NCBI GenBank assembly: GCA_964106915.2
Contig: OZ066915.1
Strand: one strand, 5' to 3'
DNA: 64,000 nt
Source: Podarcis gaigeae
Lineage: Eukaryota
This document shows, one piece after another, positions 26,301 through 38,767 of this stretch; position 1 is the stretch's first letter; each line of letters begins with the position of its first letter. The notes under the pieces are model-generated. The model ran no database searches, was not told the DNA's origin, and saw nothing but the letters and a program-made list of their open reading frames with translations. The position numbers and the translations under genes are program-made.

Positions 26301-29300
26301 TTCTCAGACACTTCTGGACAGAAGGCGATTAAAGCTGATTGAATAATACTTAAAACAGCCAGAGAGAAGTGCCATAATAGGAAAGAAGAACAGAAACCCA
26401 AAGCTAATGCTTTTCCTGTCTGGATGAGGCAGGCTTCTATGACTGCTCCAGACAGGAAAAGTTGGCGCTTGCCCTTCCCACAACCCCAGAAGGCTCTGGC
26501 AGACAATGGAGGCCAGGAAAGGCCACTTACCTTGAAGGTGCCAAGACTTTCTTCCAGGTCAGCCAACATAGACCAAACCTTGAGGGACTTGTAGACACGG
26601 TTCTGCACAGGTTCTGAGGAATCAAAATACTCTGCTTTCTTAGCTGGGATGGCTGTGGCTTTCTGAAGGAACAAGAGAAAAGAGAACGTAAGAGAAGCCT
26701 ATGGAAGTCTAGCAGCACACCCTGATGATTAAGGGTAGAATTCACATAGCACTAAGTGGGGTATGCACATGGGGAACAAGGACTGCTCAAGCAAGAAGAC
26801 GTCCTCCCTTCTCCCCGTGTGCCCTCTAAACCTGTCCTGAGGATCCTCTAACTTCCAGAGCAGATTTTCTTTTTTTGGTGTGTGTGTGTGTGTGTAAAGG
26901 AATCCTGTTGTGGGAGCAGACCTCGCTTTGCGCTTGCAACTTAGTTGAATCCCACCCTTAGCATGTATCTCTCTCGCTCTTTAGATATAAATTATCTCTG
27001 CAGACAGGAAATTGCGTGGCCTCACATTGTTAGAAATACAAAAGCTTAGAAATCTTGGTTTCCTGCTTTCTCATTCAGCCACAGCACACCATTCAGCTAA
27101 TAACGGTGCTTCCCTGTGATTCAACCACTAGAGCTCCAACTCCATTCAGGGAGATGTGGACAGAAGAAAGCAGTCTTGTTTTTGATTGCATGACTATACG
27201 CCTTTAACTCCGAAGTAATCCTCTGGGAACCCAAAAAGCAACACCTCTGGATTATCAGATGCCTGCCGCCCTGTTTCTGCTCACCCGCAGGATGCGCAGC
27301 GCTTGGTCATAGTTCTCGTGCCGCAACTCCATCTCACCATATTCGCACCACACGCTGGCCAGCTCATCTACTTGCTTGAAGTTGACTTTGGTAGCCTTTT
27401 CAAAAATGGTTCTGGCCTGGGAACAAGTAAGGTAGGCAAGGTGAGGGGGAAAGCAGGGCCAGAAAGAGCCCCCAGTTTCAGCATCTCCTCTCCTTGGACT
27501 AGGCTATGTGGTGGGGCAGGTCATCTGAGTAATGCTGCATCAACCAAGGATGGTGGCTTCCCGGAGTTTGGGTTAGGTTGATTGAATTTAAGACTCGCTC
27601 ACCACAACGAAAATTCCTGAATCAATTTACAAGAAGAATGAAACACAGTAATAAAAATGCATGGAGTTGAGCCTGAGGCAGCTGTGGTGAAGGGCATTTG
27701 CAACACAGAACCTGAGTCTCTGTTGTGCTTGTGGGCAGCAGCTAGGAAAGTAAGGCAGGAAACATTTTGAAAGGCAAGGACAGAGCAGCGTCAGCCTCCC
27801 AAACCCATACATCACTCACGTCTTCGATCTGTCCATTGACCTCGTAGAATTTGGCAAAAGAAACCCAGAGCGTATGTGTCTTTCCGGTGGCTTTAAAGGG
27901 GTCGACAGTCTGCACCGCTTCTGTGTATGTGTTGATGATCTGGAGGAAGCAGGGAGAGAGGTAGAGGAAAAGAAAAGATTGAGCTCTGGCAGGTTCCTAG
28001 GTTCCTTCCTTCCTGTACGGTTTGGTGGCTGTAGCTGCGAAGCACAACACAGAGGAAGTGAGAAGTGCCAACTAGTACAATCCCAATGAAGTTTTTATTC
28101 TGGAAAACAGCCTGCTTCTCAGCAAATCTAGAAGGCCACTAGATGGTGACAAGTGGGAGAACTGGCTCTCCATTTCCAGCTCAGCCCTGCCTTCCAGGCA
28201 GCAGCTTAATTAGACCGGCATGAGTACCCATCTATGAATGCCCTTCTGAGCAAATGTGGAAACTCCAAAGCACCCATTAGTAGACAGAAGCTTTTTGAAA
28301 CTTCATGAAATTTGCTTGGGGTGGAGGGAGCCCCAGTGGACGAAATGCTGTGTCAACTTCTATCAGTGACACGACCAACGTTGGGTGGCAGCAACTCCTT
28401 GGAGGGTATTCAGATTCAGCTCAATACCCAAAACTTCGCCATTCATCACTGATGCTGCAACCAAGTGTTTAATAGAAGGGGAACACGCTAGCCTGAAAGT
28501 TCAGCAGCTCCCTCATTCCCAGTGCTGGGTCTGCTCATGCAATCCCTACTGTGGGAGATTTCCTTACCTCGCGAGGTTTGCCTTCATACAGCTTCACCCG
28601 CTTGTGCCACTCGTGGACGTTGTGAGGATTCTGGCGCAAGAGGACACTGTTAAGAAGCAAGGGCCGGCGCGTGATCAGCTGCTCAAAGCGAGCCAGGCGC
28701 AGCTCCAGGTCCACGTCATCTGTTTCCCCAGGTGGGCAAAAGAGCAGGAATGAGAGATGGTGCATGAAGGCAGCTACTTGCAGCTGAAATCCCACCCCCT
28801 CTATTTTCTCACCCACACATTCCATACCTATAGCTATGCCCTGGGTTCCTTTGGGAGGAAGAGCAGGATTTTATATGAGAATCTATATACAGTGGTGCCT
28901 CGCAAGACGAAAAGAATCCGTTCCGCGAGTCTCTTCGTCTTGCGGTGTTTTCGTCTTGCAAAGCAAGCCCATTAGTGGCTTAGTGGATTAGCGCTATTAG
29001 CAGCTTAGCGGATCAGCTGATAAGCGGCTTAGCGGATCAGCTGTTAAGCGGCTTAGCGGATCAGCTGATAAGCGGCTTAGCGGCTTGGGGAAAAGGGGGG
29101 GAAAGGAAAAAAAACCCGCAGGAACTCGCAAGACATTTTCGTCTTGCAAAGCAAGCCCATAGGAAATTTGTTTTGCGAAGCACCTCCAAAACGGAAAACC
29201 CTTTCGTCTAGCGGGTTTTCCGTCTTGCGATGCATTCGTCTTGCGGGGCACCACTGTATCTATATATTCCTCAAGTTCCAAAGGATGTCCACAAAATGCA

Positions 29301-32300
29301 AGGATACGAATTAAGAATTGCTGGGTCCACATCCAATGGCCAAAGAAGAGGGAAGCTCTTTTAACATAAGGCTTTATCAATGATGCAACCCCAGGGATAA
29401 ACGTCCATCACAACTTGAAAAAGTTTAGGGAGAACTGAGACATCCTCAGGAGTCTCAGCAACTCTGGCATGCATTCTCCTAGATGCAGTCTGGAGAAGAA
29501 TTTCTTCTCTTCTGAAAGGGAAGGAGGAGCAGCACCTGCTTCCTACCACCTGCGCTGCTCTTACCCTCCTCCTCACGTCCCATCTCAGAGCTGGTCTCCA
29601 TCTTGGCAGCGATCATGCTCTCCTCAAACTGGGCGTAGCTGTCAAACACCTGAGTGAAATCCCGCACTGTCATCACAGTCTGTATGGCTTCTTCGTAGAC
29701 ATCGCGAGCCTAAGACAGAGAGGGTGAAGGGATTACTGTTCCAGTCTGCAAAGCAATGCCTGTGGTCTCTGTTCCCACGACCAGCTACCAAGCAGCTTCG
29801 TCTTCTCTAATGGTTTTCATGGGAAATGCTCTTAAGAAAGCACAGATCACCACTCAAGACGTAACTACTTATATGTAACTCAAAGCTTTTTCTTATTGTG
29901 GGAGGAAACAGTGGGCCAAGAGGAACTGCCTCTGGGATGAAAATGATCTACAAAGAGGTTATTTGGAACAGGCAACATAAACTTCCCATGCCAAGAAAGA
30001 GCAGGTACCCGCAACTCAGTCCAAAGTGACAACTGCATTCTAACAGCTTTCAGAGCTCAACCCTATATTTAACTGGGATGTTCAGGCCGGGGGAAATCAC
30101 ACACTAGGTTGCCCATCAAATCCAAAGTCTATTGGCTAAATCAGTAGTTTTCAACCTGGGGTGCCTTGAATGATGGTCAGGGTACCGCGGGCAACACTGG
30201 CCTCTATCTCTCTTTCCTTCCCTCCCTCCTGATGCCCTCTTGTGTCTCTGTGTCCCAAAGGCTTGCACAGCTGTTTGTTGCAGCAGTCCTTGCTACAAGC
30301 TCCTCAGGCGAATGGTGCCTCTGGGGCCAGCCAGGGGTTGCCTCCCAGGCCCCTGTGGGGCAGTTTGAGGAGGCATCTCTCTTGGGGGGGGGGCAACTCA
30401 GAGACCAGGGGCGGCAGCTGCAGCTGCCCAGGGGAGAGGAGAGGAGGCTGAGGGAACACTCCACAAGGGAGGGTGTTCCAAAAAGGGTGAGAGGCTGCCA
30501 CATCTGCAGGCAAGGGGTGACATCTGGGCTCCTGAGCCCCACAGGGGTGCTACGGAAAGAATGCAGTTGGTCAAGGGAGCCGTGGACTGAAAAAGGTTGA
30601 AAACCTCTAGGCTAAATGCCTTTGCCTTTGATTCTAATTTGAGGAGGAATCAAGTTACAGGATCACCCAGAAGTTTAAACCTGAACAACTGAGGGCTTGT
30701 TCAGATGTCCCAAAGGAGGAAACACATTATTGAGTACTAATTCTCAGTCTCCTCCAGCTGTCCATACATCACATTTTTTTCACCGGTTTGCTGACCTCGG
30801 TACCAATTAAAAAAGCAAACAAACAATGATTTCTAAAAATCTACTCGGCATGACATTAAGACATGAAAATCCTGCCTGTTATGTACAGTCACCCCAGAAA
30901 GCACTAGGATTCTTATTTGTTTTCCCTAGTGACTTTTCACAAACTTGGAACACTTCATGTATTATGAGACACTATGAATTCTTCTATGGGGAGAGAGCAG
31001 AACATAAATAATATAATAAAAGAAGAAAATCATAGGAGATACTCCCACTATCCTTTGTCCCTCTTCTATGCTAGGTAACTTTCCTCTACTGCCAATCTTC
31101 CAGATTCTTCCATTTCCATTTTTGTTTGGTGGCTTGTAAGGATTTCTGTTGGTTATTTTGCTGACTGTTCCTTATCTGATCCCTACAAGCTCAGTAAACG
31201 CCTTATTTAAAAGAGTGAATTAGGAGAAGAGTGGAGACAGACAATAGCTCTTTTTAAGTGAGTTCAAAGTGATCTAAAAGAGGCTTCCCTTCTGGTGAAA
31301 AAGGTTTTCAGAACAATAGAAACACCTATAAAGTCTGCTTAGTAGGGGTACATGTGGGTGGCACGTATTTACCATTACTAGCAGACTTTTGTTCAAACTG
31401 TCTTCAGCCCTTCATAAAAATTAATGTCTGTCTCCAACCTAAGATTTTCACCAAATAAAGGTGAGGCCTTGCTCAGACCAGATGAATAAGGAATTTAAGA
31501 GGAAATAGCTGAAAGACTTGAACGTTACACTCTGTGCCATTTTGAAGTTCCCCCTGGGATTGGGATATGACTCCAGCCCAGTCCCTGCATCACAGCACAA
31601 ACCCTCAGGCCCAGGTGACTACCTTCTCAAAATGCCCACTGCGGATGTAGTAGTCTGCCAAGGAACACCATAGCTTGCCCAGCTGGTCGGTGAAGCGAGT
31701 CAGGCCGCCCCGGATTATGGCCCCCACATTGAGCGACTTCACCTTGTCCGGATTCTGCGAGATGAGGTCACAGAGCTCGTGCCACAGCTGCAACGGAGAG
31801 GACAAGGTGTCAGAGAGATCTTGGCAACGCTGAGAGACAGGAAAAGCATCAAGTGTACAGGTTGTTCAGCAGCAGGCATCTTTGGATGAAGGAGAAGAGA
31901 GATCCTCCATATAATTTTGGAGGGCTGACTGCCAGCTGCCATGAGCCTCACTTGATAGTTGGATTTCCCCTCCTTGGAGATGAAGCGTTCATCATTCACC
32001 ACAGCGGCAAGGCGGACAGCAGCCTCATCCAGGCGGTCAATGGAGCGCAGGTACTCAATATATTCCTCAGCATTCTCCGGGCTCAGCTGCAACATAAAAA
32101 CGCGTACAGCTCAGAATCCACCAGAATGCTGACAAGACCAAAACAGTGGCAGTAGAAGAGCTAATGTAGATTAACTGCAGCACTGCTAGAAGTGACAACT
32201 CAAGGTTAGCTAAGAATACAAGGAGTAGCTTACAACCCTTTGTGCATAGTGTGTTATAGCTATTTAAGATTTGTCGGGGGGAACAAGTGTGATTTCTTTT

Positions 32301-35300
32301 AGGCAACATGACAAATTTTTCACTTATTCCAAAATTAAAATAAAAAACAGCAGATTAAACAGACTACTATCTACAGATTTAGAGCAGACAACATTTTGTA
32401 AAGAGGTGTCCTAGTTCAGGAGTCCTAAGCAAAGGGTTTCAGACCCAGAACCCCTCTTTATGTCCATCTGCAATGCAGGATCTACTTAAGAGTTGGCATA
32501 GGTTCATTTATCCTCACTGTAGGGTGATCAGATGCAAAAAAAGTACAAGCGCATTGCATCTTTACCAGATGTATATAAGAGGGAGTTGGAAAAGGTGGAA
32601 TTTTCATGTAGGGCTGCAAAAAACCTGCCCCTGCTGAAATTTCCTGTTCTGCGAAACTACTGAAGGTTAAGGGATTGTGGCTTCCTTTGCATCTGGTGTC
32701 TCGGTTTCTTTAAAAATAACAGAAAAAAGAAAATTATTGTGCGCCACTGATGTAATTTACAACAAGAGTCTGCATCTCAACTCCCAGCTGAAAGCCAGTT
32801 CTTGGGTTAACACAATGAAATGTGCATTAGTATTTCTGGAAAATCTCCCTCATCTGATCTAGAGAGGTACCCAATTAAATAACTCTTTTGTCTAATACTC
32901 TCCTTTTGAGAAGGGATTTCTCTTTGCTGAAAAAGCAATTTTATTGTTCTCTGTCATAAATGAAATCAATCAAATATTTTGGTGCTATTGAAGAATTTGT
33001 TCCACAGCCTTCTGATCTCTCTGTACCCTCTCTAGCAGTGGCCGGCCGCACCAGGCACAACATCTGGGGGGGGGGGGCACGCTCGCACTCGCAGCTCTCT
33101 GCCCCTACCTGGCCCTCGGGTTAGGGGGCGCAAATTACTTGCCTTGCCCCGGGTGCTGACAACCCACGCTACGCCACTGCTCTCTAAGCCACTTCCAAAC
33201 ACTATGAGTACCCAAGTCAAATACAGTATAGTATTCCAGTACAAGTTTCGCAAGGGCTATGCACAAGACAAGAATTCATTCAGTGCTAGTAATGAAAAGG
33301 AGCCTAAAAGAGAAGAAACCCATTTAGGCAGTCATTGCACAAGGAAGACAACACCTTCTCTACAAAGATGACAGAGATGGCTCAGAGGTGGAAGAGTTCG
33401 GTAAGACAAATGAGTTGGGGACATGTGGGCTCCCTTACCTTTAGGTACCTGCGGTAGACCCGTACAGCTGTCTCGGGTAATGGATACAGGCGCACAAACT
33501 TCAGGTAGAGTGGCCAGATACGATGGTGCTGTGTGATGGGCAGGGCCCGGAGGGCTCGGTCAAAGGTCCTACGGGTGCGGGTGATCCGACACTGGTCCAT
33601 AAGAAACTGGCAATAATCTAGCCATATCCGAGGCATCTACAATCAGACAGACAGATAATAAGAAAATAGCAACTCCCTTTGGGGATCCGGCCAAAGGTTA
33701 ACACTGTCCCACAGCCTGCTTCTAATAGTGGCTACACATATGTGACTAGGAAGTTCACAAGTGGGCTATGACAACAACAGTGGCTTGCATCTAGCATGCA
33801 GCAGTCAAGCAAGTCACTGCCCCTGAATACAGCTGTTCCATTTTTAGAAAATCTGCTTAATGGACTTCACCAATTTATCTATTTCTTTATTCAAAAAGAC
33901 AACAAACTTACTTGCAAACTTCACACTCTGTAATACTACGGATGCCATACGTCTGGAATTCCTCGGACATAGCAAGGATTCGGCCGTCCGAAACAGTGTC
34001 CAACAACTTTTGTGTGTTTCCTTTTTGCTTATCCTAAACCTATTGTAATCAATTACCTATTTTCCCGTGTATAAGACTAGGTTCCCCCCTAAAAAATAAT
34101 GTCCAAAATTTGGGGGCATCTTATACACAGATAGATCTCTAATTTCACTAGGAAACTCAAGTGCTAGTGTTTTGAATAAAAAATTCTCTACAGAATGGCT
34201 CATCAGTTTACAAACCCTTCAGGGATTTTCGTTAAGGCTTTCTTCTTAAGGAAGGAGCTCCCCTGTTATTTTTATCATTTCCTTCCCATTGCTATGTGGC
34301 ATCTACAACAGTTTCTGAGACAAACTCACAGATTTAGGCTAAAGACTGTTGTTTTTAAGAGAGTTGAAAGTGGTACACTAGAGCCATTATTGAACTCTAC
34401 ATATGCACACATCTGAGAAACAGTTCTAGAATCAAAACATATGTGAGGCCTTCACATAGATATTGTCATAACCCAGCCAGAATAGCAGCCATTATGATGG
34501 ACTCACTTTCCCCATGTGTTACCAGCCCTCTAAGCATCTCACCAACCACTGTACCTTGTGCATGAAGACAAGGGCACGCTCATGACAGTTGTTCACTTCT
34601 TCATAGCTGGGATCCGTTACACACTTGCTCTTTACCTGTTTCCGTCGCTGCTTGAGATAATTATACCATAGCTTGTAGCTGCAAAACACAAAAGGGGGCA
34701 ACTATTAACATTAAAGTAAAATATTTTGCCATGTTGCTCCCAGCTCTCATTACGAGGGGAGTTAGGTGATCATAATGCCTTGCTCCTGAAATAAACCAGG
34801 GAAACATCAACAGGGACAGCAAGGGGTATTCCTGTCTGCTTTCAGAAGAGACCAGAAAACAGATCATAAGAAACTCCCCTCAATTCTGGAGAAGTTAAGA
34901 ATTAGCCTTTCATTTACATTTTTAATACAACAATGCCTTATGAAAATCTGGACTGAAAAAGGTTACCCTACCACCTTCATGCAGTTTGCTAAAGAACTTT
35001 ACATAAAAGAAAGAGACACAAGTGCATACCTGCCTGGCAATTCCTTAAGAGCTCTCTCATAGATCAGATTCAATATATGCTTAGGAGCATTTTGCTTGAA
35101 CTCAATGTAGCGGATCCAGCACTTGACAGAGAAGGGGTTGCGCAATATTTCTTCTTCATATTGCAAGTCTTCCTCTTCCTGTGCAGGAGTGAAGAAGAGG
35201 GCAATATAAATTTAGAGAGAGGATGTACTATTATATTTCTTTGTGCAGCACTGTTATAACGTAGGCACCCCAATGCTATCTTTAGGCTTTTGAAAAATGC

Positions 35301-36195
35301 TACCTAATTTTACATGTGAGTATATGAAAAATGCACTGAAAAATCATCACATCATATGCAGCCACAAATTCACTAAGTAATCTTTAGCAAGTCTCTGGCC
35401 CCAGCTCTAAGCTTATATATGGGGGGGGGGGTGTACAATCTTACCTTACAGGACTACTGTAAGTTAGTAAGGACCAAAGCAGATATTATAGAGCAGCATT
35501 TCTCAATCTTGGGTCCCAAATACTGCTGAACCACAAGTCCCATCATCCCTGACCACTGGTCCTGCTAGCTAGAAATAACAGGAATTGTAGTCCAACAACA
35601 TCTGGGAACCCAAGGTTGTGAAAGGCTGTTACAAAGAATCATACAACAGCTGTCACTCTAAGCCTCTTCCTTTTTAAATGTCTACTTAAAATAACATAGA
35701 GCGACATCATGATAAGCACCCCACTTTAACATCATAGGCTGGCAGAAGCAGTATGATGATGTCATATCACAATCATTTTTGGTATTAAATGTTACAAGAA
35801 GTGAGTTAAAGGGCATAAAGAGACAGCGGTTCTCTCTTGTAACAACACTTGGCCTGGCCATGAAATACCATACGGTACACGGGACATTTTGAACACTTAA
35901 AATTCGCTGCACGAATGCAAAGTAGAATTATTGTGCAAGGCGACTCGCCATTAGCAGGATTACATCGCTTTTCCTTGACTTGGTTCAATCTTGAGGGGAA
36001 AGAACTCTGCACATGTTCGAATGAAGCCTCGCCTTTTATTTCACCGGCGGCGGAGAGTATTAAGTTCTGTGGACGAAAGGGAGGCTCGGCCTAGGCAGGA
36101 CCCGTCCGAGCATTTCACCCCCCGACACCTTCCCACCGGGGCCTACTCACGAAAAAGAGCTCCCGCTTCCCCAACACCGTCTCCAGCTCCGGCAT
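20290..36195 (-). CDS. XAB2: XAB2 / SYF1 pre-mRNA splicing factor, complete, 852 aa. complement join(36195-36151,35178-35030,34678-34555,33636-33439,32086-31952,31787-31623,29709-29565,28719-28568,27939-27820,27416-27285,26662-26531,25028-24915,24440-24278,23686-23496,22903-22781,22262-22091,21967-21841,20802-20693,20351-20290)
   Basis: 19 GT-AG exons, 2559 nt in continuous frame. HAT/TPR peptides [72 protein letters not shown]; C-terminus [19 protein letters not shown]. Confidence 0.98.
20693..20802 (-). CDS. XAB2: XAB2 exon 18
   Basis: [13 protein letters not shown] acidic stretch. Confidence 0.95.
21841..21967 (-). CDS. XAB2: XAB2 exon 17
   Basis: [19 protein letters not shown]. Confidence 0.96.
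22091..22262 (-). CDS. XAB2: XAB2 exon 16
   Basis: [26 protein letters not shown]. Confidence 0.96.
22781..22903 (-). CDS. XAB2: XAB2 exon 15
   Basis: [25 protein letters not shown]. Confidence 0.96.
23496..23686 (-). CDS. XAB2: XAB2 exon 14
   Basis: [23 protein letters not shown]. Confidence 0.96.
24278..24440 (-). CDS. XAB2: XAB2 exon 13
   Basis: [16 protein letters not shown]. Confidence 0.96.
24915..25028 (-). CDS. XAB2: XAB2 exon 12
   Basis: [16 protein letters not shown]. Confidence 0.96.
26531..26662 (-). CDS. XAB2: XAB2 exon 11
   Basis: [20 protein letters not shown]. Confidence 0.96.
27285..27416 (-). CDS. XAB2: XAB2 exon 10
   Basis: [20 protein letters not shown]. Confidence 0.96.
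27820..27939 (-). CDS. XAB2: XAB2 exon 9
   Basis: [21 protein letters not shown]. Confidence 0.96.
28568..28719 (-). CDS. XAB2: XAB2 exon 8
   Basis: [18 protein letters not shown]. Confidence 0.96.
28890..29256. mobile_element. Tigger/mariner-like MITE with internal 24-bp tandem repeat
   Basis: TIRs CAGTGGTGCCTCGCAAGACGAA / TTCGTCTTGCGGGGCACCACTG, TA TSD. Confidence 0.88.
29565..29709 (-). CDS. XAB2: XAB2 exon 7
   Basis: [16 protein letters not shown]. Confidence 0.96.
30142..30609. mobile_element. hAT-family MITE
   Basis: 8-bp TSD GGCTAAAT (30134-30141, 30610-30617); TIRs CAGTAGTTTTCAACCT / AGGTTGAAAACCTCTA. Confidence 0.88.
31623..31787 (-). CDS. XAB2: XAB2 exon 6
   Basis: [17 protein letters not shown]. 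Confidence 0.96.
31952..32086 (-). CDS. XAB2: XAB2 exon 5
   Basis: [17 protein letters not shown]. Confidence 0.96.
33036..33179. mobile_element. Short hAT-type MITE
   Basis: TIR CAGTGGC / GCCACTG, 8-bp TSD CTCTCTAG / CTCTCTAA. Confidence 0.75.
33439..33636 (-). CDS. XAB2: XAB2 exon 4
   Basis: [12 protein letters not shown]. Confidence 0.96.
34555..34678 (-). CDS. XAB2: XAB2 exon 3
   Basis: [16 protein letters not shown]. Confidence 0.96.
35030..35178 (-). CDS. XAB2: XAB2 exon 2
   Basis: AG/GT, 149 nt. Confidence 0.96.
35494..35628. mobile_element. Palindromic squamate MITE (ACTACAACTCCCATC family); other copies near 20-145, 7945-8040, 8330-8425, 10020-10170, 23965-24090, 38508-38637, 45850-45970, 60944-61058
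   Basis: Recurrent ACTACAACTCCCATCA...TGATGGGAGTTGTAGT inverted core; partial 8-bp TSD. Confidence 0.7.
36151..36195 (-). CDS. XAB2: XAB2 exon 1 ([15 protein letters not shown])
   Basis: aagATG start, gtgagt donor. Confidence 0.9.
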
Positions 36196-36472
36196 CTTGG
36201 ACTCTTCCCACCCCGAGCGAGCAAGCGAGGCGCACGGCAATGACGCAAAAGCGCAGCTGCGGTTCAGAGCTCGGGTTCTCTCCTCCGCTTGCGTCACTTG
36301 GCCAGCAACAGTCCTATTGGTCATCCGACAGGGAGGGCGTTTCCTTTCCGTCTTCAGGCCGCCATGTTGCTTGCGGGCGCCATCTTCGGAAGACTTTAGG
36401 GGCGTGGCATATGCGAAAGCGGGCGGGACCAAAGGGTGGGCGGGGCCCGTTCAGCATCGGCCAAGCGTCGCC
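36196..36472. promoter_or_regulatory. Bidirectional CpG-island promoter shared by XAB2 and PET100
   Basis: Divergent ATGs 277 bp apart; high CpG; GC boxes (36399-36408, 36421-36427, 36438-36445), ATTGG 36316-36320, YY1-like GCCAT sites near 36363 and 36381, TGACGCAA 36241 / TTGCGTCA 36289. Confidence 0.88.
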
Positions 36473-36499
36473 ATGGGGGTGAAGCTGGAGGTGTTCCGG
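36473..36499 (+). CDS. PET100: PET100 exon 1
   Basis: gccATGG Kozak, MGVKLEVFR, gtctgt donor. Confidence 0.92.
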
Positions 36500-38767
36500 G
36501 TCTGTGGCGCGCGGGGTCCTCCGGGGGTGGGAATGGGGATTTCTCTTTCGCAGAGTCTTGTGCAGCTCCCCCGGGGCAAAAACCTCCTCTGGTGACTCGC
36601 CCCGGCAGGCTCTCTCTTCGCTCTTGGGGGCTCGCTGGCCAACATACGAGTTTAAGATAAGATCCTCCCGTCTTGGAGCCCTTCACGTGCCTCGGAGAGC
36701 TTCGGTTTTATGGGTTAAAATATATAACTGGAAGGGCAGGCAGCTCGATCTTATTTTCAAGGCAATAGATGTAGTTTTGAATATCTGTTAGGTTTCATAC
36801 ATGCATAATGTTGGGAAGCACGTAGGAAAGAGCAGGTTGCGCCTACTCGCGGGTATCTGCAGGGAAATGCCGTCTGTCCTCCCCGAAGAGCAGGTCGGGG
36901 TGGTTACAATTCCAATGCGGAAACTGGTGAAATGCACTCCTCGTTAGTGTGCCCGAGGTGCCGCTGCGCCCTGCGTCTTCCTTCGCCCTAGAAGCACAGC
37001 CCTTGATGTTGTCAGTGATCCTTTCCTTCTCTCCCTCCGCATCCTGCTGCCCAGTAACTTCGCCTGCAACCTAGATGTGTTTCTCTTCCTTTATGCCATT
37101 TCTCCTTTCTACTGTTACTTCTGCCATATGATGGTCGTCCTCCTGACCTTTTAGCAAGGGATGAGAGGAAGCTTCTGCCGTCAAGGGCCAGATTGGGCAA
37201 AATCTAATAAAACCCTGCAAAGTGTCCCAATGCACCTGTATTACCATCTGATTTCCTATCTCCTTTCTCTTGCAGATGATGCTGTATTTATCTTTTCCTG
37301 TTGCTATGTTCTGGATTTCAAATCAGGCAGATTATTTTGAAGAATATGTTATCAAGCGGAAGGTCAGTTTTGTCATGTAATTAGAATGGGAAGAACAGGG
37401 TGGACTAATGAAATCATTTCCAAACCTTTCCTGTGAGGTTTTATCTGTTTTTTAAAAAATTCTCATGCTGATTTTACCTCTGGAATTGGAGAAGAAAAAC
37501 CCAGGCTTCCTTTTATTGCATTTTACTCAACAGCCATTTACTGGGAGCCTGGCTTCTACAAGCAAGTACTGTACTGTATGCAAAAGCTGGCATTGCACAC
37601 AGTGCATCTAGTTGCTTCTGGTCTGCTGTTTAGCAGGAGTCATTGGTCTGTAAATAAACAAAATTAATAATAAGAATAATAAGTGGAACCTGCAGCAAAA
37701 TGTTGCAGCATATATTCTCTCCTAAAAGGAGGCTTCCTGTTCAGGGTTCTAGTCAGCCATTCCCTCCAAGGAAGGCTTTTCACTTCTCTCCTCTTCCTTT
37801 TTATTTTTCAGCTCTCAGTCTATATTCTATGAGCATTCTTAACCCTGGGCTCTTGGGGGGCGTTACCTCTTTCAGTTTTAGTTTTAAAGACCCCCCCCAC
37901 TTCTGACACTATCAGGGTTACCCCAAGCATTCTGATGCTGTTCCTTGGTGGCCCCATTTGGGTTATGCTACTGTCTGTGCTTGATACCTGAATTATTAGG
38001 AGAATAAACAAGATTTTTTCAACTGTGTTAAGAGGCCAGGACTTATCTCTTTCTTTCCTAGGTAAATCTTATTCTTAGGCATGAGATTCTTAATCTTAGG
38101 GTCTTAGGTTTGAGCCCCAGGTTGGACAAAAGATCTCTGCATTGCAGGGGGTTGGACTAGATGACTCTAGTGTTCCCTTCCAACTCTACAATTCTGATTC
38201 TATCCCCAGTGTCAGTCTCTTGGAAATTAGGAAGACTTTTCAGTTCTCGTAGAATTCTGGTTTGTTCGCTCACTCAAGCTGGCTGTATTTTCCCTGCCCT
38301 CTTGGTGTTTTTGACAAATTTGCCTGCTTTCTGCTTGTACAGCAGTGGAAATTTAGGTGGTATGGTTTTAATCTGTTTCAATATAAAAGCAGGACTTACC
38401 AATAATATGATTCCCTTTTTAATCCTTTTCCTTCAGAGAGAGATATACCCACCTGAAGATAATTACCAGGTAAATATGCCTCAACAATGAATACTGCATG
38501 TCTAATCCAGGAGTGGGGAACCTGTGACCTTCCAGATGTTAGCCTGCAGCTCCCATCTTTCCTGACCATTGGCCATGCTGGCTAGGACTGATGGGCATTG
38601 GGATTCCAACTGGAGGGCCACAAGTAGCCCACCCCCGGTCTAAGCGAACAGATCATTTATGATGAAATTGACACTTCTGTCTTCTCCAGAGAAAAGAACT
38701 GGAAGACTTCAAAGAGAGAATGAGGAAGGAACACGAGAAGCGGATGCTGCAGTCAGCTAAGGAATAA
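36473..38767 (+). CDS. PET100: PET100 cytochrome c oxidase chaperone, 74 aa. join(36473-36499,37276-37362,38437-38469,38690-38767)
   Basis: MGVKLEVFR|MMLYLSFPVAMFWISNQADYFEEYVIKRK|REIYPPEDNYQ|RKELEDFKERMRKEHEKRMLQSAKE-TAA; four phase-0 GT-AG exons; syntenic between XAB2 and PCP2. Confidence 0.95.
37276..37362 (+). CDS. PET100: PET100 exon 2 (transmembrane segment)
   Basis: ttgcag / gtcagt. Confidence 0.95.
38437..38469 (+). CDS. PET100: PET100 exon 3
   Basis: cttcag / gtaaat, 33 nt. Confidence 0.92.
38690..38767 (+). CDS. PET100: PET100 exon 4
   Basis: ctccag acceptor, TAA; AATAAA at 38849-38854. Confidence 0.93.
   Translation, partial: RKELEDFKERMRKEHEKRMLQSAKE

Noticed and set aside
28997-29380. 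ORF with LSRLSADP repeats; repeat array as possible CRISPR
   Set aside because: 24-bp tandem repeat without spacers inside a eukaryotic MITE
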